A DNA stretch of 29,290 nucleotides from a virus (IMGVR_UViG_3300038393_000553:1-29290); one strand, 5' to 3'. Shown: positions 9,301-17,139, counted from the first letter of the stretch. Translations and numbers: made by a program. The notes: a model not told the origin generated them from the letters alone.

Positions 9301-10047
9301 TTGGGCGGTGCCGGTAGCACTCCGTGCTACGATCCCTCGCTTGACCAGATCAACAGGCCCGGTACCTCTACCACCTCCAGCCATGAGAGTGTCGATATCA
9401 GCGATTCCCATCTTCTGGGCAATGCGGCCACCGGCCAACCCTACACTTCCACCAATAACACCAGTTCCAAGGGAAGCTGTTGCTGCACGCTGAGGATCGA
9501 CGTTTTTGTCTATTCCTTCCATTTGCTGGCCGGCCATGACAGCACCTTCACCAGCTGCACCCCTAGCTACCGCACTTCCTCCAATGCCTTTCAGGGCCCT
9601 ACCGTACAACCCACCCAGAGCCATTGAAGGCACAGAGCGAACGATATTCAGCCCGGTGTATTCAGGGTTCTGAGCGTAAAACTTTGCCATATCCACAAAC
9701 CCCTTGTTGGGGTCTGCTTCAATAGCATCGATCTCGGCCTTTTGGGCTTTGTAAGCGTCGGAGTATTTTGCCTCGTCGGCCTTTGCCGATTTGCTCGGTT
9801 GAAAACCTGTGATTTCTCCGACAGCGTCAGCTGCCCGGGAGAATGGGCGATCTAGCCCCACAAGACCTGCAGGTATATCTGCCAGTCCTGTGATAGCGCC
9901 TGGTACTTCCTTAAACCCTTGGATTAGAGCTGTCTTGGCGTCGCTGGTGTTTTTCTTGGCTGCTGGGGCGCGTCCGCCCCAATCTTCTTCCCACGGCATT
10001 GACCCCTGCTTGGACGCTCCTGACCAATCTTCTTCCCATGGATTCAT
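3325..10047 (-). CDS. Large polyvalent virion/ejection protein with ADP-ribosyltransferase (ART-PolyVal-like) and PLxRFG domains
   Basis: About 2240 aa; ATG at 10047 overlaps the upstream TGA. Gly/Ala-rich N-terminus; ART signature VVYHGT...GIYL...NIYA...VYVSIQNP...GYDGV...EYVAFNPSQVKSATGNNGKFD; YAPLSRFG motif at about 5464-5490; last gene of the virion operon. Confidence 0.85.
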   Translation of the reverse strand: MNPWEEDWSGASKQGSMPWEEDWGGRAPAAKKNTSDAKTALIQGFKEVPGAITGLADIPAGLVGLDRPFSRAADAVGEITGFQPSKSAKADEAKYSDAYKAQKAEIDAIEADPNKGFVDMAKFYAQNPEYTGLNIVRSVPSMALGGLYGRALKGIGGSAVARGAAGEGAVMAGQQMEGIDKNVDPQRAATASLGTGVIGGSVGLAGGRIAQKMGIADIDTLMAGGGRGTGPVDLVKRGIVARSATGTAQEGLLEELPQSLVEQGAKNLAEAKPLTEGMMRAGIEGTLAGGTLGGAMGAISRSRARQPEQTNQQDQTEEPDQAAEVAQAAVATPPPAAQQDMPAPPAGNPLIEQQQAEQEQEAQAQEAKAKRDAIISKVGGVVPIAGTNMSLFNGKPYHNDDPDGALDKQIAKLQEAEDQKPPLRKQVESAYVDAFNNMNKTAIANGEKKPLTFANITSSAAKLIGAAPDLQDAASRIGAQIDLKVGPTGKVSPEVELLQDVYKRLTGQEHPSVARVQEIQNKEKESAKPKPSVVQPAAKASPVAAPAVLGSQGQPVGRSANVGVQPTSTGSVQPPAAEKPRKPGDPPRIGSGQDFTKEIKDNGGYEMPLDRVAKKGDEATSPWLMPDGTIIGTGQDHISVTPEGDYAQYMKRTGAVRASFFHDIVEKKYAAFLHTAEGQKLTPQQISTLQALSDANNGNITIKIGETDKDGNPAYEKEVTLDELRNAPPAKKSNLVTVTRQGKQVQLPRETIAKDYAKALADPKKSQIIQDITGTGDGATMTFKEAAIASLARQKKATTETAVENERKRIHKMLAGLGITETVVDRVSAMGAAPAAIEDVSEDPDSGVSIVNSPNASVAIEPLTPKQKKLQGEADKIMKEQADVKTPDVTTAKEQEIEAAILEKRKSEAESNRQKAIAEAARSPYASEVREDWDDMPDVLDGVTPKFDELTLDEMAELVEYYTMYKNGDFTYREFEKEQRDIARRQETTHGRQREISNAPSNTAVREDDSEGKGGVSEDRPGGSRSVQQGGTPSTESGSSPAKAPVVAIKKKRAVAKPEEKKSVLQTATEAFKKWFDDSKVVDKDGKPLVVYHGTHSDIDTFQRGEGILGAGIYLGSKDHANIYASQHNRDGGQVLPVYVSIQNPLEVYDDAIMENDPIALIDKQHPDIFKGKDISSLSAEQVTQHLEDAGYDGVIHHEGKKGGENTSVYEYVAFNPSQVKSATGNNGKFDASNPSITDAAQDFKDALSDLGDILTKVGRANLTPEQDKDLLGVLTKLVGAAIRMGYSSLEQATRFVLDSVKKKFGAKAVPVTPVRVKTAYQSSSIIERNVSKLPPSLQGPAFIAATNIKDLIQRGVMGLSFGHDLADMVAKTLPSAKKFFDAMDRKEAVKNRLEIEIDKIATEAYKVPDKEALNKFLKKSTRDQKWGYQPSWLDKVEVNPTAQAAYNALSAQSKAVADKIFKHGYESRKNMAATVRAEINAGFDEELKLASEADKAKIQEKRKAEMHLFDTQFNSFKGPYAPLSRFGDFVMVAKSQERIDAEKHGDTKWLNKEGTSPMHYRVEFHDSLGAAKWAAKQLEGTYANTVGATKQAYAKGMSEAPWSALRRLKMMVNEHFKDNSEEGKKATAQINQLLKDLYLSNLAESAARKHDLKRKDIEGASDDMLRAFASKGKADAHFMAALMHTGEVQDALTEMRNEAHGTTDNSSGRADRTNAFNEILRRHAGSMDYRPTPVQDKILMLNSVWMLLTKPAYYLQNATQPFMMSLPVMAGRHGYMKSASTLTQAYRDLADGFGKDSAVQGFLDGNFDIDAMPIKADEKVALKKLLELGILDIGINMDMGYWESRGGLGQGAVDAVHKMTTLVKQVEVMNRVSTALAAYRLAGGGTKGIEEAKQVVRTTHGNYSTFNAPSLLNKVPKLFVQFRKFQLIQLALMSRLAHQSFKGDSKEVKAAARASLTYTLGHYFAMAGALGMPAMSLVGMGLAAAFGDEEEPEDFELLARRAIGNEEVADILLKGAPTMAGMDLSGTLGAGNMTSILPFTDIKLDSKKGYAETMLGLLGPAVGGTAPRIADGIGFMQKGEIYKGFEKMLPNGLANAMKAYREATEGMSNKNNDMTLSPEEISLWDSFLTSMSIRTQTAAKTQLVQGAKIDYENFYKERTGEIKHRYVKAWKEGDGDTMAEMRQEWQDVQMSKAKNGFAKQPMSDLVRAPREQMKRERNTAGGVQFQKGSRRFVHETAGL

Positions 10048-11438
10048 CAAATTCTTTCCCAGCTGGCACGATCGTTCGGGTTACCACCGACAAACCTAAA
10101 ACCATTCCGAACTGTTCCGGGGGCTGGGCCAGTACTTGAAGTTGCCTGGCCTTGAGCGGGTCCATAAAGTTGATCCCCAGCGCCCTGCTGGATTCGATTG
10201 GCTGCATCTCTCAACTCAGACACTGAGGTATCTCTAGTAGCACGCAGTTCAACCATATCCTGTATTTTCGACAGGTCAGTTATTGACAACCCAGGTTTCG
10301 ATGGTTCTCTGAGCTGTGCGGCCTTGGCGTTGTATTTCATCTGAACGCGATTGAACGCATCATCCTTCTCCGCCGGAGTCATGGTGGGATGATCTTCGAT
10401 AGCCTGAAGCTCCTTCATGCGTTGCTCGTTGAGCTCAGGGGTCAGCCCGGGAATTCCTCCAGAACCGCCTCGGTCACGCATCGAAGCAGCACGAATCCCC
10501 GCAACCTTCTCGCTGGACAAGTTCTGCTCCCTTCCCAACTGCAACTGGGTCTTGTTATTTGCCTCAGCACGTTTGTCCAACCCAGCTTGGGTTTGCTCGA
10601 ACTCCAATCTTTTCTGTTTGAACTCGGCGTACTTGGCCGGGTCCCGGCTCTGTACGAGCATGCTGTATCCCTGGTGGATCATGTCCAAGGTCAGAGGCAC
10701 CTTCCCGGTTCCGTCAGGAGTCTCTACAAGAATGTGCATGCCATTCTTGGGGTCGTTCTCCACCCCTTTGTATTTGATTCCTTTTAGCCTGTCGTCGTTG
10801 GCAGTGATGATCGGCCCAACCTGCTTAGCTAAATACTCTACATTCTTCTCTTTCTGGTCCATGGGTAGGTCTGGGTCCATCAGAGAAAAGTACTTGTCAT
10901 CCTGGGTTGCCCAAGCAGATTCTTTCTTATCCTGGCGCTGCAGGGCCTTCAACTCCAAGTCACCACGCTGCATGTCCATCCGGTTCTTGGTAATGCCCTG
11001 GGCTACCGTCGTGGATTTTGCAGCTTCTTCCGGGTACCCCTGCTCGGAATATACTTTCGATGCTTGCTCGGCACGCAGGCCGGCCATTTGCTCGGGAGTG
11101 AACGCTGTGTCCTGCTCTATCCGCCGACCACCAGGTAGTTGAACCATCTGGCTAGTGCCGCGAGCACGCTGCGACTCCAACCCAGACATTGTCGGAGCGA
11201 AATCATCCATTACCTGTTTATGCTTGGCAGCGAAATCTGGGTCATCCGCACTTATCTGGGCAATGCGATCCTGGCGGGCCCGCAACCCTGCGTCGTACGC
11301 ATCCTCGCCTGACGCAACATCTGTAGGAGAAAAGTTGCCGGCTTCAGCTAACCCTGCCTTGAGCTTGGCGTCCCGATAGCTGTTTATCCAGGAATTCCCT
11401 ACCTGAGTCCCAACAGCTAGTCCATGTGCAAATCCCAT
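10047..11438 (-). CDS. Putative DNA ejection / internal virion protein
   Basis: Starts MGFAHGLAVGTQVG; helical, Q/A/E-rich; lies between the pilot-like gene and the polyvalent protein; C-terminal GTVRNGFRFVGGNPNDRASWERI motif. Confidence 0.65.
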   Translation of the reverse strand: MGFAHGLAVGTQVGNSWINSYRDAKLKAGLAEAGNFSPTDVASGEDAYDAGLRARQDRIAQISADDPDFAAKHKQVMDDFAPTMSGLESQRARGTSQMVQLPGGRRIEQDTAFTPEQMAGLRAEQASKVYSEQGYPEEAAKSTTVAQGITKNRMDMQRGDLELKALQRQDKKESAWATQDDKYFSLMDPDLPMDQKEKNVEYLAKQVGPIITANDDRLKGIKYKGVENDPKNGMHILVETPDGTGKVPLTLDMIHQGYSMLVQSRDPAKYAEFKQKRLEFEQTQAGLDKRAEANNKTQLQLGREQNLSSEKVAGIRAASMRDRGGSGGIPGLTPELNEQRMKELQAIEDHPTMTPAEKDDAFNRVQMKYNAKAAQLREPSKPGLSITDLSKIQDMVELRATRDTSVSELRDAANRIQQGAGDQLYGPAQGQATSSTGPAPGTVRNGFRFVGGNPNDRASWERI

Positions 11439-11447
11439 GCCTTTCCC

Positions 11448-12479
11448 CTATTTGAACTCAATCCCAAGCATTTGGTAGTCAACAGCCATAAACCCATTAG
11501 CACCCATAACCACAGCAGCTGGGAACACATCCAGAACCTCGTCCGCCATCACACCTTCGTGCCTGACATAGCCCCACAGGTATTCGAACTCATACAGATT
11601 GAGGTCATGCGCGGTCTTCCCAACAAGCACTATGTTCTTCTTCAGGCGACGATCTGAAGGCTTGGGCCCGAAAGCACCAATACCGGCGGAAAGAAGACTT
11701 CCGGCAGTGCCCACCATCCCACCAATAAACTCATTCTGCATGTTGTATCCTTGGAGCTGGCCTTGGTAGCTTCCAAGACCTAACTGCCCTTGCTGGTTGT
11801 ACCCTTGCAGCGCGGTGCCAAACCCTTGGTTCATAGCATTCTGCTGCATCACCCCTGCCTGTACGGGCTGCATGCTGGCGTTCATCCCTGCTTGGCTTGC
11901 CCCAAGAGCGATCTGGGAGCTAGTGGCCTGGTTTGATGGTAGGTTACGGCCCAATGCTGCAGCGTCCGCTCTTTTTGCCCACCCAAGTTGCCTGGCTGCA
12001 TTCCTAGCCTGGTTCATTGCATTGGCCCCTATCGCTGCGTTGCTTACACCTTGAGTCCGCAGCATGGCTTGGTACCGGCCAGAGTTGGGATTCACACCCA
12101 TGGACTGCATTGTGCGAGCGTTCTGTGCGTTCTGATTGCTAAGACCAGTAGCCACATCCCCTCGGGCCAGATTTGCGTACTGCTCCTGGTCTTCGGCGCC
12201 CCCGGCGTTCATGGCCTCATTCACCATCGAGTTCTCGACTGGAAAAAAGGTCGACTTCAGGCGATCGAAATATTGCCTCGACAAGTCATCGTTGAATTGC
12301 TGAGACGTAACAGCAGAATCCGCAAATTTTTTGGCGAGATCATATGTTTGCTGGCGCATTGTCGCGCCTTCCGCATACACCTGTTTGTTCCAGGCAAGGG
12401 TATCGGCAGCCACCTGGGCACTCGATGCTGCAGCCGCACCTATATTCGGGTCTGGTTCGGGTGGCTCTGGAGCACACAT
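11448..12479 (-). CDS. Putative ejection/pilot protein with C-terminal peptidase S74 (intramolecular chaperone) domain
   Basis: Starts MCAPEPPEPDP; Ala/Gln/Gly-rich body; C-terminal SDRRLKKNI...LYEFEY...GVMADEV...P.AV...GFMAVDY. Confidence 0.75.
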   Translation of the reverse strand: MCAPEPPEPDPNIGAAAASSAQVAADTLAWNKQVYAEGATMRQQTYDLAKKFADSAVTSQQFNDDLSRQYFDRLKSTFFPVENSMVNEAMNAGGAEDQEQYANLARGDVATGLSNQNAQNARTMQSMGVNPNSGRYQAMLRTQGVSNAAIGANAMNQARNAARQLGWAKRADAAALGRNLPSNQATSSQIALGASQAGMNASMQPVQAGVMQQNAMNQGFGTALQGYNQQGQLGLGSYQGQLQGYNMQNEFIGGMVGTAGSLLSAGIGAFGPKPSDRRLKKNIVLVGKTAHDLNLYEFEYLWGYVRHEGVMADEVLDVFPAAVVMGANGFMAVDYQMLGIEFK

Positions 12480-12493
12480 AAAAAGTTTTCTCC

Positions 12494-13090
12494 CTATAGA
12501 ATCTTGTTCAAGCCATCCTCAACATGCTTATACCCAAGCATCCTGAAGAATCTTCCGGCTCGATTAATCACTTTCACGCTAACATCTATTTCCTTGACCC
12601 CCAGCTGCCGCAACCCACTCTCTGCATAAGCAATAAGCCGTGCTGAAGTTCGGCCTTTACGAGCTTCAGGTAGAAGGTACAAGGCATCTTCCCTAGCCAT
12701 CAATGTTTGGGTGTGCATGCTCTCAGAAACATACACAGAAAAGTGACCTACCAGCTTGCCGGCGTTGCGCAGGGTGAATACGATTGCTCGCCCTGCTCGC
12801 TCGAAACGTATGAATTTTTCGTAGTTTGGGTTGAACTCCAACCCGTGTCTGTACTCTTCAGTCTCTGCCCAGTGGGCCGCATGCAACGGCTTTATTTCTT
12901 CTAGGATGTCTTCCATTCGCTCGCAGGCAAAGACAAACTCTCCGCGGATTTCAGGACGAATCTGGTCAAGAGCATCAGGTGAAACTAACACCTGCACCCA
13001 CTCAGAAGCCATAGCGATAAGAGCGGCTATCTCAGGTGTTAAAACCTTACCGATGTTGGATTTTAGTGTTGTCATTAGTATGGTATTCAT
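12494..13090 (-). CDS. GNAT-family acetyltransferase
   Basis: GKLVGHF, DALYLLPEARKGRTSARLIAYAE (acetyl-CoA binding motif A-like), FFRMLGY. Confidence 0.8.
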   Translation of the reverse strand: MNTILMTTLKSNIGKVLTPEIAALIAMASEWVQVLVSPDALDQIRPEIRGEFVFACERMEDILEEIKPLHAAHWAETEEYRHGLEFNPNYEKFIRFERAGRAIVFTLRNAGKLVGHFSVYVSESMHTQTLMAREDALYLLPEARKGRTSARLIAYAESGLRQLGVKEIDVSVKVINRAGRFFRMLGYKHVEDGLNKIL

Positions 13091-13098
13091 GTATTGCG

Positions 13099-13127
13099 TT
13101 TATACCATATTTCTTGTTTTTTGTCTA
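13099..13127 (-). promoter_or_regulatory. Putative sigma70 promoter for the GNAT/ejection genes
   Basis: TAGACA-17 nt-TATAAA with extended -10 TG; the ATG lies 8 nt after the -10 and has no SD. Confidence 0.5.
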
Positions 13128-13325
13128 TTTCCCCGACGCATTCATGCGAATTACTATTTGATTTATCTTTGTAATTATGTCGGCTGTACTTGCAGTAGCC
13201 GCGAGCTGCGCAAGCTCTCCCTGACGAGCTCCTGTAATCAGCTCAATGTTCTCCTTTATCGCGCCAATAGTAGTACTAATATTGGTAGGGGTAACCGCGG
13301 GTATGGAAGGTTTTCTGATAGCCAT
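13125..13325 (-). CDS. Small virion-associated hypothetical protein
   Basis: TAATG-coupled to the tail nozzle gene; KPSIP...IKENIELITG, helical. Confidence 0.7.
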   Translation of the reverse strand: MAIRKPSIPAVTPTNISTTIGAIKENIELITGARQGELAQLAATASTADIITKINQIVIRMNASGK

Positions 13326-15337
13326 TAGCCCATCCTCAGTTCAGCCACGCTAGTGGCCATAAAAAACGATCGTGCAGCCACTGTCCCGGAGATCACAATC
13401 TCCCAGGTGTACGCACGCACAGGGGGAAGCCTCAAAGGCCCAAGGGAACCTACCGGTACCGAGTGGACTAGAACATCATCAGCATAAAAAGTCACAGTAA
13501 CCGAACGGCTCTCAACAGATGAAAGCGTAGCCAGTGCACTACCGTTGACCGTGTATTTATTCAAGCATGCTGCGTTCATCTCGCCCAGTGTTCCGGATGT
13601 TATGTAAGAAGCATTCGCTGCAGCTAGGGTTGCATTGGCCGCTATGATCGCGGCGGTGTCAGCGGCGCCGTCATAATCCGCATCGAGTTGATAGCAGGTA
13701 AATGCTGTTGGAGCATTCACTACGTACCGCGGAGACCGCCACTCGTATGACAAGTTGTTATAAGGGTCCGCGTCAAATTGATACAGAAGGTCATCTACAT
13801 TCGAGACGCCGTACAGTTTTGCTGTGATCTGATCCACGTACAGGGCGCTTGCATCCCATTGAAGTTCCGTCAGTGCAGGCGTATCTGACCGGGATAGGAC
13901 AATTGCCTTACCTTCCTCCCCATACGTCGCAATGTAACTGCCACTATAAATCTCGGCATTCATGGAGCTCGGGTTCAGTTCCTGCCAATCATCCCGGCTG
14001 TACAGCGCCTTGGATACCACATCCATTGTCCCTGGGCCTATACCCACTAGCCCATTAGGGGACGCGTAGAGAACCCCGTACTGATCCTGGGCGATTGAAC
14101 GCTTGGAAACGCACGGTTCGAGCAGAGGCAGCTTTTCCTGGGTCATCGAGCTCGGATGTATTCCAGACATGACGTATGGCCGGCCTTCGGTGCAAACTAC
14201 CAGGCTGGAACCAAAAACACCGAGTCCTACAATCTGGTTCTCCACCGAGAGCGAATATGCTGTAGGCCAGGCATGCGGATAATACGGCTCGCAAAAATAC
14301 ACATCGTTTCCTACGAACCCGGCCATCATGCCGTTTGGCATATTCACCAATCCTTCCAGGTCACTTGGTGGTTCGGCCCAGTCCAGTGAAGGTAATGCAT
14401 CTCCTGGTATGCTCGCTGCAGCCAGGGTGTCGCTGTACGCCTTTGAACCCGTATGAACCCCAGAGCCCGCGGAAGATGTATTGATAGCCGCGCCACCGGA
14501 TGTCAACGAGATTTGGAATGAGTTCGCTCCAAGTCCCGCAGCTATGACGAAATAGGCTGTGTTGGCTGTAATGCCGGTAGGCAGGGCCCCGGTCGTGCGG
14601 AAGAATACTGGCTGCCCTACAGAAAATCCGTGGCCGGTCCAGGACACCACTGCTGGGGATGCGTTTGTAATAGTGACGGTCGCCTCGTACACAGCTTCTT
14701 CTGCGACCAAAAGATACGAGTCTGTTAAAGACCTGTAAATCCTGCGATGTGTGATGTTCTGGTTTGTAATGACAGGGTTTGAAAACCCACTCACTGTCAC
14801 AGTGCACCCAGTAGGCAGGACAGAAACGGTGGTGGCATCGCTCGGCGCCGACTCCTCCAGAACCGAACCAAACGTAGAGATGTTGGTGTACACATACGCC
14901 CGGGTCTCTGATGTTCCTGATCCATCCACCTTTACCAAAGTAGGCGCAGAGCTTGGAGCAGTCACACCCAAGGCTCGGTAGGCTGCCGGCCATGGGCCAG
15001 CACCGGTTGTGGCGAGTGCTATGTTTGTCTTTTTTGGTGTTGAACCTGCCGTTGTGTAGTAGATTCTGCGATCGGTGGTGTCCGATACTTGACTAGGTGC
15101 TATGTCAACATCAGCGTCCCAAGACAGCCACTTTTCAGTTGACCCATCTGTCAGGCGGTATATCGTAGAAGTATTCGCGGCAAGAGTTGTGGTTACCTCG
15201 GATGGCTGCCTCCACGGTCTTATTTCACCGGAGTAGAGCTTTGCGTTGAGCGATGTTTGGGCTTGGCCGTTAGTCAGCAGATTTGCCGAAAGCCTTGGTA
15301 CTATCCCGCTAAATGGCTGTATGCGGATTGTGGCCAT
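13325..15337 (-). CDS. Tail nozzle / tail tubular protein B-like (P22 gp10 / T7 gp12-like) protein
   Basis: 670 aa; N-terminal FSGIVPR...AQ...N; beta-propeller-like repeats (FVGNDVYFCEPYYPHAWP, VLYASPNGLV); position in the tail module. Confidence 0.75.
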   Translation of the reverse strand: MATIRIQPFSGIVPRLSANLLTNGQAQTSLNAKLYSGEIRPWRQPSEVTTTLAANTSTIYRLTDGSTEKWLSWDADVDIAPSQVSDTTDRRIYYTTAGSTPKKTNIALATTGAGPWPAAYRALGVTAPSSAPTLVKVDGSGTSETRAYVYTNISTFGSVLEESAPSDATTVSVLPTGCTVTVSGFSNPVITNQNITHRRIYRSLTDSYLLVAEEAVYEATVTITNASPAVVSWTGHGFSVGQPVFFRTTGALPTGITANTAYFVIAAGLGANSFQISLTSGGAAINTSSAGSGVHTGSKAYSDTLAAASIPGDALPSLDWAEPPSDLEGLVNMPNGMMAGFVGNDVYFCEPYYPHAWPTAYSLSVENQIVGLGVFGSSLVVCTEGRPYVMSGIHPSSMTQEKLPLLEPCVSKRSIAQDQYGVLYASPNGLVGIGPGTMDVVSKALYSRDDWQELNPSSMNAEIYSGSYIATYGEEGKAIVLSRSDTPALTELQWDASALYVDQITAKLYGVSNVDDLLYQFDADPYNNLSYEWRSPRYVVNAPTAFTCYQLDADYDGAADTAAIIAANATLAAANASYITSGTLGEMNAACLNKYTVNGSALATLSSVESRSVTVTFYADDVLVHSVPVGSLGPLRLPPVRAYTWEIVISGTVAARSFFMATSVAELRMG

Positions 15338-15341
15338 TACG

Positions 15342-15782
15342 CTACAACGTGCTCGCTAGGGCGAAGAGGTCGTCCAGTTGCTGCTCTGTAAGCGGCAGTT
15401 GTGTTTTTATGGCTTGCACCAAGTGGTTGTTGCGGTCTACGTACTGCCGGAAGTTCCACTCGATCTGAGCTGCCTTTCCTGCGTCTCCGGTAAGCCCTGC
15501 AAGTATGGAATTCACTTGGTCCAGATACCCTTGCTGCAATAAAGCCAGGCGGGCTTGGGCCATTTGTACTCTTGTTGGTACTTGAGGAGGTTGCGGCACT
15601 GCTGCTGTTTTTACGACTGCGCCATTGCTCAACAGCCACACCCCATCAGTCTCATTTATGGTGCGTAGGAATAGATCGTCAGACAGCTCTACTGCGGTTG
15701 GAGGTATTTGCCCGGCAGTATGGATATCACTATCGTAGCGACCATTAATCTGCCCGTCCGCTCCAAAGGTTGCATATTTCAT
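15342..15782 (-). CDS. Tail fibre assembly/chaperone-like protein
   Basis: Directly follows the tail fibre gene; GRYDSDIH...IPPTAVEL; VPTRVQMAQARLAL...IEW...R...LTEQQLDDLF. Confidence 0.65.
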   Translation of the reverse strand: MKYATFGADGQINGRYDSDIHTAGQIPPTAVELSDDLFLRTINETDGVWLLSNGAVVKTAAVPQPPQVPTRVQMAQARLALLQQGYLDQVNSILAGLTGDAGKAAQIEWNFRQYVDRNNHLVQAIKTQLPLTEQQLDDLFALASTL

Positions 15783-15784
15783 AG

Positions 15785-16834
15785 TTAATATCCGACGGCT
15801 AAATAGTTAATGTATCTGGTTCCAGCGACGGCGCCGCTAGTGCCCTCAGCACGTACTGTGATTTGGTTTGTGGTTATCGACAGCAATCGAGCAAAAACAT
15901 CATCGTTCCCTGTGTCAGAATTCTGCAGGGTGCAAAACCCTTGTAGAACAGCTCCTGGAAAAGCTATAGGTAGTGTCACTGTAGTATTGGCATCTGGCGC
16001 TATGCTTGCGGATTGTCCCCACTGGATAATAAGCCCCGGTGTACCAGGAAGTTTCTGGTAGCCGCTAGAGCCGAAGGAGCGAGGCCAGGATAATCCACTC
16101 GGCATAACAGCTTTGTTGGTCACAGTCCCAGCTAGTGATTCAGCTGTTGTTGCCTGTGCCATAACACCATCAAGCGTCGTTGATGCAGCTCGTACTTTAG
16201 TAAGGTCGACATCTGCATCCGGTACAGTTATTGTCCTGTCTGCAGTAGGGTCAGTAATGGTAATGCTGGTCTCGAACGCATTCGCTGTAGCCCCCTCGAA
16301 CACGATAGGATTTGCGCCTGAGAGAGTTGCACCGGTAATGTCGAAAGTTCCCGTAACCGTCGGGTTTGTAAGAGTTGGAGACGATGAAGGTGCTTTCGCG
16401 TCTAGCTGCGTCTGAATCGCGCTGGTCACACCTGCCACGTAGTTAAGCTCTGCACCAGTTGCCGTAAGTGCAGTGGTTCCTAGCGTTATTGCCGGGGTCG
16501 TGATCTTGGTTGTGAACGACGGGTTGTCTATGTCCGCCTTGTCGTTGAACAAAGCAGCGGTGGGGCGAAGTTCAAACCTATCCCCAACCGTGTAGGATTT
16601 GGCCGTAGTGCCGTCTTGGCCGCGAGTGACTGTCAGGGTGTCAGTTGACCTAGCCGTTACCTTGACAATCTCAATGTTGTTCGAGGCGTCAACAAGCGTC
16701 CCCCAAAACCAATCCGATCCGGACAGGGTGGGGAAAAGAGAGCCGGTACCCGCTGCCAGGATGATTGTGGTTACAGACGAGTTTATGCCTCCAGCCAAGG
16801 TTGACGTTGCATTATTGGTGACCTTAAGGGCCAT
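15785..16834 (-). CDS. Tail fibre protein (gp53-like C-terminal domain)
   Basis: N-terminal NNATSTLA...EIVKVTAR...VTRGQDGTTA; Thr-rich shaft; C-terminal SGYQKLPG..GLIIQWG...VTLPIAFP...YLAVGY. Confidence 0.8.
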   Translation of the reverse strand: MALKVTNNATSTLAGGINSSVTTIILAAGTGSLFPTLSGSDWFWGTLVDASNNIEIVKVTARSTDTLTVTRGQDGTTAKSYTVGDRFELRPTAALFNDKADIDNPSFTTKITTPAITLGTTALTATGAELNYVAGVTSAIQTQLDAKAPSSSPTLTNPTVTGTFDITGATLSGANPIVFEGATANAFETSITITDPTADRTITVPDADVDLTKVRAASTTLDGVMAQATTAESLAGTVTNKAVMPSGLSWPRSFGSSGYQKLPGTPGLIIQWGQSASIAPDANTTVTLPIAFPGAVLQGFCTLQNSDTGNDDVFARLLSITTNQITVRAEGTSGAVAGTRYINYLAVGY

Positions 16835-16836
16835 GC

Positions 16837-17139
16837 TTACCGGCCCCCCCTACGGGTTTGCTTTTTTAGACGTGCCTCATTGCGGAGCTTAGCGGCAGCA
16901 AACTCTTCAGCGGCCTTATCTTTTTCAAGGGCATCTTCTACAGGCCCAGCAGCTTCCCATCCAGCTCTTTCCTCAATCTCCCTCGCATCAAGAATCTCAG
17001 CGCGGCGTCGGACACCTTCCGGAGACCATTCAAACGTGCCGTCGCTGTTGTAAACCCCCAGATCGATGTAATGTTGCCCTTCTCGTATTTTTGCATGGTT
17101 CCCGAGAATTTGTACTTGAGGAAAGTGATGTATCTCCAC
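16837..17139 (-). CDS. Hypothetical protein (100 aa)
   Basis: SD AGGAGA precedes the GTG at 17139, which is in frame with the track ORF; own predicted promoter; abuts the tail fibre start. Confidence 0.6.
   Translation of the reverse strand: MEIHHFPQVQILGNHAKIREGQHYIDLGVYNSDGTFEWSPEGVRRRAEILDAREIEERAGWEAAGPVEDALEKDKAAEEFAAAKLRNEARLKKQTRRGGR

Noticed and set aside
10417-11142. 241-aa antisense ORF (also 1408-2031, 11988-12629 and similar)
   Set aside because: Shadow ORFs opposite well-supported genes; Ser/Arg/Leu-rich with no recognisable motif.
14361-14993. 210-aa same-strand alternative-frame ORF within the tail nozzle gene
   Set aside because: Cys/His/Arg-rich composition typical of an off-frame reading; no translation signals noticed.
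15785-16100. Diversity-generating retroelement acting on the tail fibre tip
   Set aside because: No reverse transcriptase and no template/variable repeat pair seen in the window. A self-alignment was not run.
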